DNA of 64,000 nt from Giardia intestinalis (lineage: Eukaryota). Location of the stretch: NCBI GenBank assembly GCA_000002435.2, contig CM018793.1; one strand, 5' to 3'. The notes under the pieces were generated by a model. The model had not been told where the DNA came from, made no database searches, and saw only the letters and a list, made by a program, of their open reading frames with translations. Made by a program: the position numbers and the translations under genes. Position 1 is the stretch's first letter, and each line of letters opens with the position of its first letter. This document shows positions 19,766-32,780 of this stretch, piece by piece.

Positions 19766-22700
19766 ATGCTGATTCTCCTGTGTGCCGCTGCATGTCTCGC
19801 CGAGGCGTGCGGGACAGGACCTGCATGTGTTAACGGAGACTGCGCCTACGGGGACGGAGCACACTTCTGCCAGTGCAGGCGGGGCTGGGTGGGGGCTGCG
19901 TGTGACGCCCCCCGCGCGGGGTTCCGCAAGATAACTACCAGTGGGCAGACACCCGCGGACAGGGCCGTCAACTACGCCTGCCTCGTGAACGGGACGGAGT
20001 GCACAGGGTCGAGCAAGTGCACCTACTACGCAGGGGCGTACTCGTGCGACCCCTGTCCTGCTGGCTTCGTGTCCTACGAGGGCGAGTGCCTGCCGAGGGG
20101 CTGCTTCAACACCGGCGATTACTCAGACCAGGAGGCAACGAAGGCCCCTTGCAACGGCCGCGGCCGCTGCCTCCTGAAGGACCCCGGGCTAGCAGGGATG
20201 GATGCTGACGACTACGCGTGCGACTGCTACCCGATCTACCGCGGGGGCCTCTGCCAGTCGTGCGACGACGCCAACGCGATCGCTGCGGGAAGCTCTTCGT
20301 CTGATGCCCTCCCTACGTGCAATGCGCGGGCCTGCCAGGACTCGGATGGCGTCGTGTGCTCAGGCCAGGGAACGTGCACCCTCGACGTGGGCCTCGATCG
20401 CGAATCATATCACTATCGCTGCAAGTGCAATGATGGCTACACACGCGTTGGGCACAAGTGCGTCAGGACGGAGTGCGTGGCCACGATCGACGGGTCCCCG
20501 GTCGTCTGCGGGGGCTTTGGAGAGTGCACGGATAAAGATAGCCCCGGTACCTTCAAGTGCGTTTGCGATTCTAATGCAGTCCCGGTCGGTCAGTTTTGCA
20601 CATATCCCGCGTGCACAGACAGCGCTGCTACTGAGATCTGTGGCGGAGTGGGCGCCTGTGTGCGCAACGGCGCTGGCTATAGGTGCGATTGCCGAGGGCT
20701 TGCCACGGGCGACCTCTGTGATACTTGCACTCCTGGGAAATCCGCTCAGGTAGGCGACAAGTGCGTTCCAGTGGGGTGCCTCACCTCAAACAACCAGGAA
20801 TCATGCAAGAACGGAGGAACATGCGTCAAGTCCGATGGCGAGTACCACTGCCGCTGCCCGGACATGCTCATTGCCGTCAGCGGAGAGTGCACGTCCCCCG
20901 CATGCATGGACGAGGAGCTGGGGAAAGTCTGCTCGGGACACGGCACGTGCAAAACGGACGACCCACAAGACATAAAGTGCACCTGTAGTTCTGAATACAC
21001 GTACGTCGCCCCGGGGCGCTGCATCCTAACAGCCTTGATGGACGGCGACCGAATCTGCAGCGGCCACGGCCACGTTAGCATCGACACCTCGGATCCTCCC
21101 ACGATGACCTGCAGGTGCTCGTCGATCTACGAGGGGTCCAAGTGCGAGACCTGCAAGGCCTCTGTCGCCCAGGAGATCGAGGGCGAGTGCGTCCCAACCA
21201 AGTGCATTGTGGCACCCCAGCCCGGATCGCGAGCCACCACTCCCAGGGTCTGCGACGACCACGGCCAATACACGAAGTTCGGCGACCCGAGCGACCCGTT
21301 TGCCACGTGCACCCCCAAGGACCCCGACTCCGGGACCGTCTCCGCCTACAATGGCACCTTCCTTGCGAGGCCCGGGTGCGTGCATGTCAGCAAGGTAGAC
21401 AGGACCAGGAGGTTTTACTGCGGATTCCTGCAGGGACTGACAGACAACTTGCAGGAAGGCGTGGTAACGTGCAATACACAGAACGAGGGATCTGTGTCTG
21501 TTGAGACGTGCAATGGTTGCCCAGAGGGCTTTAAGCTTGTCCACTTCGGGGCAGAAGAGGGCTATAGAAAGACATGTATGCACGACAACTGCTACCACGG
21601 AACTGGCGCCAGCAGGATGTGGTACGACTACTGCGGCGGGACCGGCGACTGCATCAAAGAGGGTGACACGTACAGGTGCGACTGCGGCCCCAGTGCCACT
21701 TGGAACGAGGGCCTGAAGGCGTGCGTCACCGAGGCGTGCAAGCTCAACAAAACGCTGGCCGGCCCAGAGGCGCCCGAGTACTGCGCAGCGCCATCTAGCC
21801 TTGCGCTCCACTGCACCGTCGGCCGGGACGCGGCCTGGCAGTGCGATTGCCCCCAGGGCGACTACCTCACGTACAACAGGACGTGCATCCTGAGGAGCAA
21901 GAGCGCCAGCCCCACGACCCACCGAGCAAGGGGGCTTTGCGGCGGCCCCGGGGCGGGCTTCCTGAGCGGCAGCGGGTCCTGCGTCTGCAACCCGGGCTTC
22001 CTCAAGATCGACGACATGTGCTACAGCTATGACTGCCTGCCCGTGGGTGTGACGGCCGACACAAAGAGGTTGGACCTCAGCCCCCACGTCTGCTCCGGGA
22101 AGGGGGTCTGCGCGTACAACCAGCTGACCGGCCGATATGGCTGCGAGTGCGAAGCTGGTCTGGAGGCCTTCGGGGGCTACTGCACTCATCCCGGGTGCGC
22201 CGGGAAGGTGATCCACAACGGAGAGCTTAAATACGTTGAGTGCAAGGTCTACGACGGGTCCGTGGGCAGCTGCGTTCAGAGCGCAGACGGGGCCGCGTAC
22301 TTCTGCGCCTGCAGCTTCCCGTACACATCTGTCGGCGGGCTCTGCGTCCATCAGCGCTGCGTGGTGAATGGCGAGTACTGCGGCGGCGACGCCCTGGCCT
22401 CGTGCGTGAGGGGCAGCGATAGCCTGTACGGCTGCGTCTGCTCCGAGGGCTACGAGCTGAGCGAGGAGCGGAGCGAGCACGGGAACAAGGCCAAGTGCGT
22501 CCCGAGCAGGTGCATGTACAGGCCGTCGGCAGGCGACCCCGCCATCGAGTGCAACGGGCTGGGCACGTGCGGCAATGGTGGCGGTGGGTCTCTGCTGAAG
22601 GACAAGAGGTGCGAGTGCAGCGGTGGAGCTCAGCTGCACACTCTTAGAGACGCAAGCGGGGAGCTGAGGGAGACGTGCATTCTGGACGCGTGCATCTCTA

Positions 22701-24841
22701 GCAAGGACCAGGAGGTACCGGTGATCTGCGGGGGCTCCGGCAGGTGCGGGCCGAGCGGCTGCATCTGCAACCTGGGAACGAAGCTGTTTGGCAACGCCTG
22801 CGTCGGGATCAACTGCTTCATCAACGCCACGAATGACAGTGGAGGGGTTGCCGAGTCGGTGTGCGGGAGCGAGGCCGTCGGGGTGTGCACGAAGATAGCG
22901 TCCCACGGCGACCGTCGAGATTACGCCTGCAAATGCGTGACGTCTCCCCCCGAGGGATACGAGGAGGTCGACGGGTTCTGCCTGCCAAAGTCCTGCGTAT
23001 TCGCGGTTGGGACCCTCGACGGTCAGGACGCGAAGACGATGTGCGGCGGAAGCCACTTCGGGACCTGCGTGATCAGCACCAACCAGCAGACGAGCTCCTA
23101 CTGCAGCTGCAAGAGCAGGCCCGACGTCGTTCAGCTCACGTCGGGGCAGTGCATGAAGCGGGACTGCGTCAGCGACGCCCTGCCCGGGAGCGCGTACCAG
23201 AGCATCGAGTGCTACGGCCACGGAAAGTGCAGGACGGGCGACGGCGTCACCTACGCGTGCAAGTGCGAGGAGGGATACAAGACGGTCAGGGGCGTGATCG
23301 GGACCTACCTCTGCATCCCGCAGGCATGCGTCGTCTCGGAGACAGACACGGCCGCGGTCTGCAGCGGGCGGGGGACCTGCTCGGTGGACGAGAAGACATG
23401 CAAGTGCGGCACGGAGTATGCTGGCGAGAGGTGCGAGACCTGCGCGGCCGGCTACAAGGAGCACACGAACAGGCGGTGCTACCGCAGCAGCTGCCCGGAG
23501 GACGGGAATTGCGGCGTAGAGGACGGCGCCAGCCTGGGCAGCTGCCAGTTCGGCGGCAGTAGCTTCAGCTGCATCTGCGTCAACTCGAGCTTCGTCACCG
23601 ACAGCGCCACCGGGACGTGCAGAAGGTCCAGGTGCGTCTGGGTGGACCCGTACGACCACGCGGAGAAGACGTGCTACGGCATGGGCTGGTGCAGCTACAG
23701 CGGGGCCACCGAGCAGTGCAGCTGCAACCCCAACACGGTCCCCGTCGGAGCGAGCGTATGTGTCTACGCGGCGTGCATGCCGAGTGGTAGCACCGATGAC
23801 CCCAGTATGATATGCAGGGGGCGCGGGACATGCGTAGAGGGCCCTGTCGCCGGCACGGGACTGTGCAGGTGCGACAGCAGCAGATACCGCACAGACAAGA
23901 AGACCGGCCAGTGCTTTGTCAAAGAATGCTTCGGGGCGCACGAGAGCATCCTGGCCGAGGTCTGCGATGGCGGTGGAACATGCAGTGAAGACACTAAAAA
24001 GTGCAACTGCAACTCCTCCGGCTTCCAGAGCCTCGACGGCCAGAACGGCTGCGTGCACAGCAGCTGCGTCTCGTCGGACAACAAGCTCTGCAGCGGCTTC
24101 GGCGCCTGCGAGAAGACCGGCGACACCTACGGCTGCCTGTGTGCAAGTTACTATACTCTGGTCGACAAAGACTGCATCCCCACAAGGTGTCTCAAGGACG
24201 GGAAGGTCTGCAACGGCGGTGGCACATGCTCCGGCGAGGGATCCTCTGCTACCTGCAGCTGCAGCCAGGGCTGGACCCCCCACGGGACCCTCTGCTACCC
24301 ATCGGCCTGCGTCTCCGGTGGGGCGCTCTGCGGGGGGAATGGCGACTGCCAGCTCTCCGACGGAGGCTCGTGCAGCTGCAGAAGCGGCTACGAGACCGTC
24401 TCCGGGGGGCTCTGCGTCAGCAGCCAGTGCGTCCAGCGCGGCACCGACGGCACCGTGACGATCTGCGGGGGCAACGGCAGGTGCGTGTCTGAGAACGGCG
24501 TGACTCCCAGCTGCGTGTGCAACGAGGGCTTCTCTCTCACAAGCGACTTCGTCTGCGGAGTCCCTGCTCCATCTAAAAAATCGTCTGCCGGCACGACGGC
24601 TGCGATCGTGGTCGTCGTCCTCCTCGTCCTCGTTGCGGTGGCCGGCTTCCTTGTCTGGTGGTTCGTGATACGGCCCAGGAGAGGCGGCCCACTGAGGGAG
24701 CGCGTCCCGCAGAAAGGCTCCAAGTCTTCCAGCTCTTCTAGGTCCAAGCTCAGGCGGCAGGCGGACTCCAGCGTCTCGCTCCACGCCGACGTGCCCCTGC
24801 TGAGCCAGGCGTCCAACGTCAACTCCAGCATCCAGCTCTAG
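19766..24841 (+). CDS. High-cysteine membrane protein (HCMP, EGF-like type; 1691 aa) with signal peptide and a single C-terminal TM anchor
   Basis: N-terminal MLILLCAAACLAEACG. Dozens of C-x-C / GxC EGF-like units with Gly/Cys-rich, GC3-biased codons. C-terminal AAIVVVVLLVLVAVAGFLVWWFVI followed by a basic tail. Stop TAG at 24839-24841. Confidence 0.85.
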   Translation: MLILLCAAACLAEACGTGPACVNGDCAYGDGAHFCQCRRGWVGAACDAPRAGFRKITTSGQTPADRAVNYACLVNGTECTGSSKCTYYAGAYSCDPCPAGFVSYEGECLPRGCFNTGDYSDQEATKAPCNGRGRCLLKDPGLAGMDADDYACDCYPIYRGGLCQSCDDANAIAAGSSSSDALPTCNARACQDSDGVVCSGQGTCTLDVGLDRESYHYRCKCNDGYTRVGHKCVRTECVATIDGSPVVCGGFGECTDKDSPGTFKCVCDSNAVPVGQFCTYPACTDSAATEICGGVGACVRNGAGYRCDCRGLATGDLCDTCTPGKSAQVGDKCVPVGCLTSNNQESCKNGGTCVKSDGEYHCRCPDMLIAVSGECTSPACMDEELGKVCSGHGTCKTDDPQDIKCTCSSEYTYVAPGRCILTALMDGDRICSGHGHVSIDTSDPPTMTCRCSSIYEGSKCETCKASVAQEIEGECVPTKCIVAPQPGSRATTPRVCDDHGQYTKFGDPSDPFATCTPKDPDSGTVSAYNGTFLARPGCVHVSKVDRTRRFYCGFLQGLTDNLQEGVVTCNTQNEGSVSVETCNGCPEGFKLVHFGAEEGYRKTCMHDNCYHGTGASRMWYDYCGGTGDCIKEGDTYRCDCGPSATWNEGLKACVTEACKLNKTLAGPEAPEYCAAPSSLALHCTVGRDAAWQCDCPQGDYLTYNRTCILRSKSASPTTHRARGLCGGPGAGFLSGSGSCVCNPGFLKIDDMCYSYDCLPVGVTADTKRLDLSPHVCSGKGVCAYNQLTGRYGCECEAGLEAFGGYCTHPGCAGKVIHNGELKYVECKVYDGSVGSCVQSADGAAYFCACSFPYTSVGGLCVHQRCVVNGEYCGGDALASCVRGSDSLYGCVCSEGYELSEERSEHGNKAKCVPSRCMYRPSAGDPAIECNGLGTCGNGGGGSLLKDKRCECSGGAQLHTLRDASGELRETCILDACISSKDQEVPVICGGSGRCGPSGCICNLGTKLFGNACVGINCFINATNDSGGVAESVCGSEAVGVCTKIASHGDRRDYACKCVTSPPEGYEEVDGFCLPKSCVFAVGTLDGQDAKTMCGGSHFGTCVISTNQQTSSYCSCKSRPDVVQLTSGQCMKRDCVSDALPGSAYQSIECYGHGKCRTGDGVTYACKCEEGYKTVRGVIGTYLCIPQACVVSETDTAAVCSGRGTCSVDEKTCKCGTEYAGERCETCAAGYKEHTNRRCYRSSCPEDGNCGVEDGASLGSCQFGGSSFSCICVNSSFVTDSATGTCRRSRCVWVDPYDHAEKTCYGMGWCSYSGATEQCSCNPNTVPVGASVCVYAACMPSGSTDDPSMICRGRGTCVEGPVAGTGLCRCDSSRYRTDKKTGQCFVKECFGAHESILAEVCDGGGTCSEDTKKCNCNSSGFQSLDGQNGCVHSSCVSSDNKLCSGFGACEKTGDTYGCLCASYYTLVDKDCIPTRCLKDGKVCNGGGTCSGEGSSATCSCSQGWTPHGTLCYPSACVSGGALCGGNGDCQLSDGGSCSCRSGYETVSGGLCVSSQCVQRGTDGTVTICGGNGRCVSENGVTPSCVCNEGFSLTSDFVCGVPAPSKKSSAGTTAAIVVVVLLVLVAVAGFLVWWFVIRPRRGGPLRERVPQKGSKSSSSSRSKLRRQADSSVSLHADVPLLSQASNVNSSIQL

Positions 24842-25017
24842 CCCGCTGCCCGCAAGGTGTCGGTATTGGTAAGTCGACGGCGCGGATCTGCATACGAATG
24901 TAAATTGAAACGTAAGAGACGGGCCGGTATGACAAGCTCAGGCTTCCTTACAACTCCTGCATATGCTACGGATATGCTACCGTCTCTAATCGAGACCCTT
25001 CCTATATCGAAGGCGCA

Positions 25018-25479
25018 ATGGGGAGCATCTATCAGGCGCTCACCACTATGCACAGAACCCCGGTGCACCTGAGGCTTTCTCCAGCCAGCTCTGCAGATCC
25101 TCGGACAAGCATTCTGATCGACATCAGCTCGAGTGACCTAGAGGTTGAGCCTTGCCGGGTGACGCTCACAGAGCCAGCTTTGGAGGTGGGCACGCAGCTT
25201 GTTCCCCGCAAGCAGCTCCTCACAGAAAAGACGCTGAGGCCGTCGCAGTTCAAGGCCCTCGTTTATGCCGTCCTTTCTCCCCTCCTACTGATTCTTGGAT
25301 GTCCGGGAAGCGGGAAGTCGACCTCACTTTCTCTCATTTCAAGGGTCCTGCTGCTTACGAAAGGCGCGTATTCCAAGTGGATAGGGACAAGCCTCGATAT
25401 TACAACAGGGGACGCCGAGTGGAGAGCTTTCAATTTAGCCGGGAGACTAAATTTTGATGCTCATGGATATGGTCGATGA
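25018..25479 (+). CDS. Short ORF containing a Walker-A P-loop (ILGCPGSGKSTSLSLI). It looks like a truncated NTPase/kinase gene fragment.
   Basis: ATG at 25018. The GxxGSGKST motif lies about 95 aa in. The ORF stops about 50 aa later, and none of the three forward frames downstream (25480-25906) carries Walker B or any other NTPase motif. Confidence 0.35.
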   Translation: MGSIYQALTTMHRTPVHLRLSPASSADPRTSILIDISSSDLEVEPCRVTLTEPALEVGTQLVPRKQLLTEKTLRPSQFKALVYAVLSPLLLILGCPGSGKSTSLSLISRVLLLTKGAYSKWIGTSLDITTGDAEWRAFNLAGRLNFDAHGYGR

Positions 25480-25906
25480 CGTGACCTTTCTTTATAGCAC
25501 TAGCAATAGCCGCAGAGAAAACTGCTGGGAAAAGCAGATATACAGACCACATGTAAATGGGGTTGAGTCCACTCTGGTAATAGACCTTTTGACATTGCCA
25601 AAGAGCTATAAGGGGATAGAGCCATTCTCTCATAGTGACCAGTAAGAGTCTCTATGAACATGTTCTTATACCACAGGATAGGTCACATCAGTAGGAACCT
25701 ATAGCGGTATATGACACAGCGTCATGTTGATGAATGACGGTGTATCCTTGATCAGTAAGGACGAGTAATGAACAGGCCACGTATGATATAGCTATTTCAG
25801 CAGAATGGAGTCTCGATCATGAAGTATTGTTGAGGATTTCCGACTATGTAAACGGTCACGAGCCATTAGCCGTCCTGTTCGTCTCGCCTACCAGCCCAGC
25901 ACGTGC

Positions 25907-27391
25907 ATGCGTGGATATGCGCCACTTGCAGAGCCCCTGCTGGTTGAACTAGACCCTGCACGCCAAAAACTTATGAAATCAATAAGCACTCTCTGTCTCA
26001 GCGACCAGGCGGCGCTCTTCGACTTGCTTTACTCCGACGATGTCAGGAAGCAGGAAGAAGGACTGGCAATGGTGAACGTCATTCGTCTGAGGGGCGCTGT
26101 GGAGGTGGGATTGGACGGAACGGCAGCCCTGGTTGCGGCCCGGCTTTCCGACAACGAGGCCGCCGACGAGCACGCCCTGCAGTCTAGCTATTCTGTGGCG
26201 CTAATCCGGACCGTCAACGGGCTAACAGACCGCCAGCAGGTCGGCAACTATATGACCTCCATGAAGACCCTCGCGGGGCGCATCAGCCTTCCATACGCAC
26301 TCATCGATGTCCGCCACGAGGCGACGCACCAACAGCTCCCGCCTCTTCCGGCGCTGCGGCAGAGCGCGGCGCTCCTGCTTCACTGGCTGCGCCACAACTA
26401 CTGGGAGCCGCTTCTGAACGAAACGCACGAGAACACCGTGAGCAGGTGCGTCCAAGAGCTGCAAGGGTTTTTCGTGTCTCCGAACCAGCTCCATCCTTCT
26501 GAGTTTGTGGACAGGCTCATCGCTGCAAATTGCCTGACGGGCCTTCCTGGTGCCGTGGTCCGCGTCATATACAGGAACAGGCTCAGCCCGGCCGACGTTT
26601 TTGGGGAGTCAGGGAATCGCACGGAGTTCAGACGGTTTCTGGTCGGGGCCATAGAAGGAGGCCTTGCCGAGAGCTTTCGGAGCAGCATCGTCTCCCCGCT
26701 CTTTGCACGACTGTTTTCTGATGCGGTGCTATCACACTACTGCATCGTCAACATGGTGATGCACCAGTCGGGCAAGCTCACAAATCCGCAGCAGTTCGAC
26801 CTTTGCATCAGGTGGCTGTACGCCATTCTGGATCACATCAGGGCGGAGCCAGACAAGAGCGTGGAGCAGCTGCATCTGAAAGCAATCCAGAAGGCCCTGC
26901 TGGCTGTCCTGGCAAACGCAGCCCCTCCGTTCCTTCTTTCCTTGGAGCAGGCATACAAAAAGGAGGGCACGCAGTTTACTCGACTGGACACTAGCGCAGA
27001 GTTCACCCTGGATGACGTGATTTCGCTAACGGAGCCCGTGGCCTCTACGTCGACCGTCCCGGGCACAGCGCAGGTGTCCATCAGCGACACGCCGTCCGGC
27101 TGCTTAGTGCAGTTTCTGGTGGACGTTCTGCACAAGTATCATCTGAAGCTGACGGGGCTGCAGATACTGCTGGGGGTCCAATCCAGCGACGCAAGCGTCA
27201 TCATCCACCGCTCCCCAGCAAACGAGCTCATTCCCATAGGCGTCACAAGTCTGCTGGGCTCGATGTGGACAGACGACTCCCGCCTCCGTCGCTACTACTA
27301 TGGGGGTCTGGATGCAGATGCCCCCGTCCTCCACAGGGATGGAGACGCGCCGTTGGAGGCGAAGCTCACCGAGCCTCCCCTTAAGAAATAG
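25907..27391 (+). CDS. LAS1: Las1-like pre-rRNA (ITS2) processing endonuclease, HEPN nuclease domain
   Basis: Colinear match to the Las1 family core. LQSSYSVALIRTVNGLTDRQQ aligns with yeast LRLSYVMALIRFVNGLLDPTQQ. SLPYALIDVRHEATHQQLP aligns with GLPSWFVDLRHWGTHERDLP and includes the RHExxH HEPN motif. LLHWLRHNYW aligns with ALSWLYDHYW. Confidence 0.8.
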   Translation: MRGYAPLAEPLLVELDPARQKLMKSISTLCLSDQAALFDLLYSDDVRKQEEGLAMVNVIRLRGAVEVGLDGTAALVAARLSDNEAADEHALQSSYSVALIRTVNGLTDRQQVGNYMTSMKTLAGRISLPYALIDVRHEATHQQLPPLPALRQSAALLLHWLRHNYWEPLLNETHENTVSRCVQELQGFFVSPNQLHPSEFVDRLIAANCLTGLPGAVVRVIYRNRLSPADVFGESGNRTEFRRFLVGAIEGGLAESFRSSIVSPLFARLFSDAVLSHYCIVNMVMHQSGKLTNPQQFDLCIRWLYAILDHIRAEPDKSVEQLHLKAIQKALLAVLANAAPPFLLSLEQAYKKEGTQFTRLDTSAEFTLDDVISLTEPVASTSTVPGTAQVSISDTPSGCLVQFLVDVLHKYHLKLTGLQILLGVQSSDASVIIHRSPANELIPIGVTSLLGSMWTDDSRLRRYYYGGLDADAPVLHRDGDAPLEAKLTEPPLKK

Positions 27392-27409
27392 GACTGCATT
27401 TACTGCTCC

Positions 27410-28465
27410 CTAATCCTTCTGCTGGAACAGCGCCACACCAAGGCGTATCCACTTGTTCACATGCTCGTTGCTTGGCAGAAGAACGTCCAATATGTAGTTG
27501 CTACTGTGCCCGGTGGTCGTCAGAACTCCCCGGCGGAGGCTTGTACGGTAGACTGGGCATGGGTAACGATTGCTGACTTCAAGGTCTGTATTTCTGGTTG
27601 GGATTAGCACGATGTTCGGCATCTCCTCGAAGAGGACATTTGGACGAGCATCGGCGAGACCCGCTTCGGACCAGGAGGCGCACTGGAGAAAGAGCCCGGA
27701 TATTGTCATGGCATGCTCCAGTTCCACGGGCTCGCTGGTTACCTGGAAGTCGAAGACCAGCTCGTCGATTGCTATCTTAGCACGCCTGGCGTAGTTTTGT
27801 AGAATGCCCGTCAGAAATGCCTGCGGATAGCTGAAGCCGGAGAACCAGACAACCTTGGGAACCCCTTCTATGGTCCAGCTTCTGATAAAGCTCACGCGCT
27901 CCTGCAGATCCACAATCTACCGCGACAAGGGTATGACCGATGGCCACGCGGTCGCCTCCCAGACGCTCGGCACCTGGTTCAGCTGCATCGCGTCCAGGAC
28001 TCCCTCTGTCTCCTTCGTCATGATAATGAGCCCCTTGATCACCCGCTCTGCGTTGACCAGGGTGCTCCTCATTATCCGCAGCAGCTTGTTATAGCGAGCG
28101 CACTCCTGCACAAGGACTGTGTTCATGGACTGGTAGTAGTTGGTGGGGTACTTCTCGTTCACCGCCTCCTCGTCAAACAGGGCCGGCAGACCGTTAAGGA
28201 TGGCGTTGATCTGTGCCAGCTCGCCTCCAGTGGAGCAGCTGGGCGAACGCGTGGCAGATCCGCCTTCTGAGTGGCTGTGCATCTTCAGCATAATGTCAGA
28301 AAGCTCCTTTCCGGAGTTTTGCGCCAGAAAGATGGTAGCGTTGCTGTCTAGCCCGTATATTTCGGGCAGGTCGTTATCTGGCCACTTTTCTGTGACGTGC
28401 TCGATAATGTTCTCGCGGGTGATCGACAGATGGGAGGGGAATCCGTATGTGTTGTTGACATATGA
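27410..28465 (-). CDS. Orphan C-terminal fragment of a dynein heavy chain (~350 codons) interrupted by an in-frame TAG at 27917-27919. It is either a separately encoded or trans-spliced terminal piece, or a pseudogene.
   Basis: The frame is open from 28465 (TAA at 28466-28468 just upstream) to the stop at 27410-27412. It contains dynein C-terminal blocks: PEIYGLDSNATI, SEGGS…LPALFDEEAVNEKYP, YYQSMNTVLVQE…IKGLIIM, WPSVIPL, WFSGFSYPQAFLTG, GLFLQCASW, YPCPVYRTSLRRGVLTTTGHSSNYIL, EHVNKWIRLGVALF. The TAG falls where homologues have Tyr or Trp. The first ATG in the frame is at 28291. Confidence 0.6.
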
Positions 28466-28623
28466 TTAAAGCACGCCCTAAGTATCAATATAACTGTAAC
28501 GCATCTACCACTTCCTTATAAGTGAGCAAATGCAGCAACCTGTCTACTCACCAAGATCAGTTGATTCTCCTATAAACACGCCCTTGGTTTAAAATAAATT
28601 TACTGTGTGCATCGAAGATTGGG

Positions 28624-29550
28624 ATGGAGCAGTTCTTGGAGCCACCTAAGGAGTTCAAGAAGCCCGAAAAATGCATACTTAACCAGCGCTACAACATGGA
28701 TCATTTCAGACACAGCGCCGTCTACGTTCTGATCACACGGTTTATTGCGCTGGTTAGCGATAGTATTCAAGGCCTTCCATTCGGCAACGCTCCCGACCCC
28801 AGTGAGAACTGCAAAAAGCTGCTAGCCATCCTTGAGAAGGCACACCAGATGTTTAAGGACACTCCCCCTGTTTCTCGTGATGTCCGTTATGGTAACCCGT
28901 CGTTTAGAACTTTTGTTCAGAAGCTTCGTGAGAGCTGTACTGCGTGGCACCAGGAGATCCTGCCAGCGCAATACCAAGAAGCAACCATAGAACTAGATGC
29001 CTACTTCTTGGACATGTTTGGTAGTGAGAAGCGTCTCGACTATGGAACAGGCCACGAGCTGAACTTTGTCTGCTGGGCCTTCTCGTTTATTCGCCTCTCC
29101 ATTTTGTCTGAGCGCGACGATTTCATCAACATTGGCCTGCGTCTATTTCCTGCATATCTACAGCTAGCCCAAGACATCCAGAACATCTACACACTTGAGC
29201 CGGCAGGCTCTCATGGAGCATGGTCAATGGATGACTACAACATGCTCCCCTTTGTCTGGGGAAGCTCGCAACTTATCAACAGGAGATTAAAGCCAACAGA
29301 TATATTCTTCCCAGAAAAGCTCACCGAGCATAAGGACAATCTGTACATTATGATGATACAAAATATAACGACCGTGAAAACGGGAGACCTGCGAATAACG
29401 TCTCCTTTTCTCTCTGAAATCCACCTGCAGCAAGATACCACCTGGAGCCGAATACACACAGGCATGATGAAGCATTACCAGAACGAGGTTCTTTGCAAAT
29501 GGCCCATAATGCAGCACTTTTGGTTCGGAAACATTATACCATTCAAGTGA
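28624..29550 (+). CDS. PTPA: Phosphotyrosyl phosphatase activator (PTPA; PP2A activator, peptidyl-prolyl isomerase)
   Basis: Conserved PTPA blocks: DYGTGHELNFVCWAFS, FDMFGS, LPFVWGSSQL. Confidence 0.85.
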   Translation: MEQFLEPPKEFKKPEKCILNQRYNMDHFRHSAVYVLITRFIALVSDSIQGLPFGNAPDPSENCKKLLAILEKAHQMFKDTPPVSRDVRYGNPSFRTFVQKLRESCTAWHQEILPAQYQEATIELDAYFLDMFGSEKRLDYGTGHELNFVCWAFSFIRLSILSERDDFINIGLRLFPAYLQLAQDIQNIYTLEPAGSHGAWSMDDYNMLPFVWGSSQLINRRLKPTDIFFPEKLTEHKDNLYIMMIQNITTVKTGDLRITSPFLSEIHLQQDTTWSRIHTGMMKHYQNEVLCKWPIMQHFWFGNIIPFK

Positions 29551-29629
29551 ACCCCAAACCTTAGTAAACCTGGCAAGGCTCGTAGGGACCCCAAACGCAA
29601 CAGTCAGTCGACACATGCTTGTCCTGGGT

Positions 29630-32780
<3,151 letters not shown>

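Noticed and set aside
19175-19833. Overlapping 80-175-aa ORFs on both strands in the GC-rich island upstream of the HCMP
   Set aside because: All frames are open simply because GC-rich sequence lacks stop codons. The products are low-complexity Ala/Pro/Arg/Gly. They are kept only as a possible ncRNA island.
21026-24784. 1252-aa minus-strand ORF, plus many 60-230-aa ORFs on both strands, inside the HCMP gene
   Set aside because: Reverse-complement and off-frame artefacts of a Cys/Gly-rich, GC3-biased gene. The plus-strand frame has signal peptide, EGF-like repeats and a TM anchor, and the others have no features.
28466-28620. Searched for a split-intron 3' half (CTRAC…CACAG acceptor) upstream of the dynein fragment
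   Set aside because: The only CACACAG (minus strand, about 28604-28610) is followed immediately by an in-frame TAA. No branch-site-like CTAAC/CTGAC motif is in frame-compatible position. Trans-splicing here is unsupported by sequence alone.
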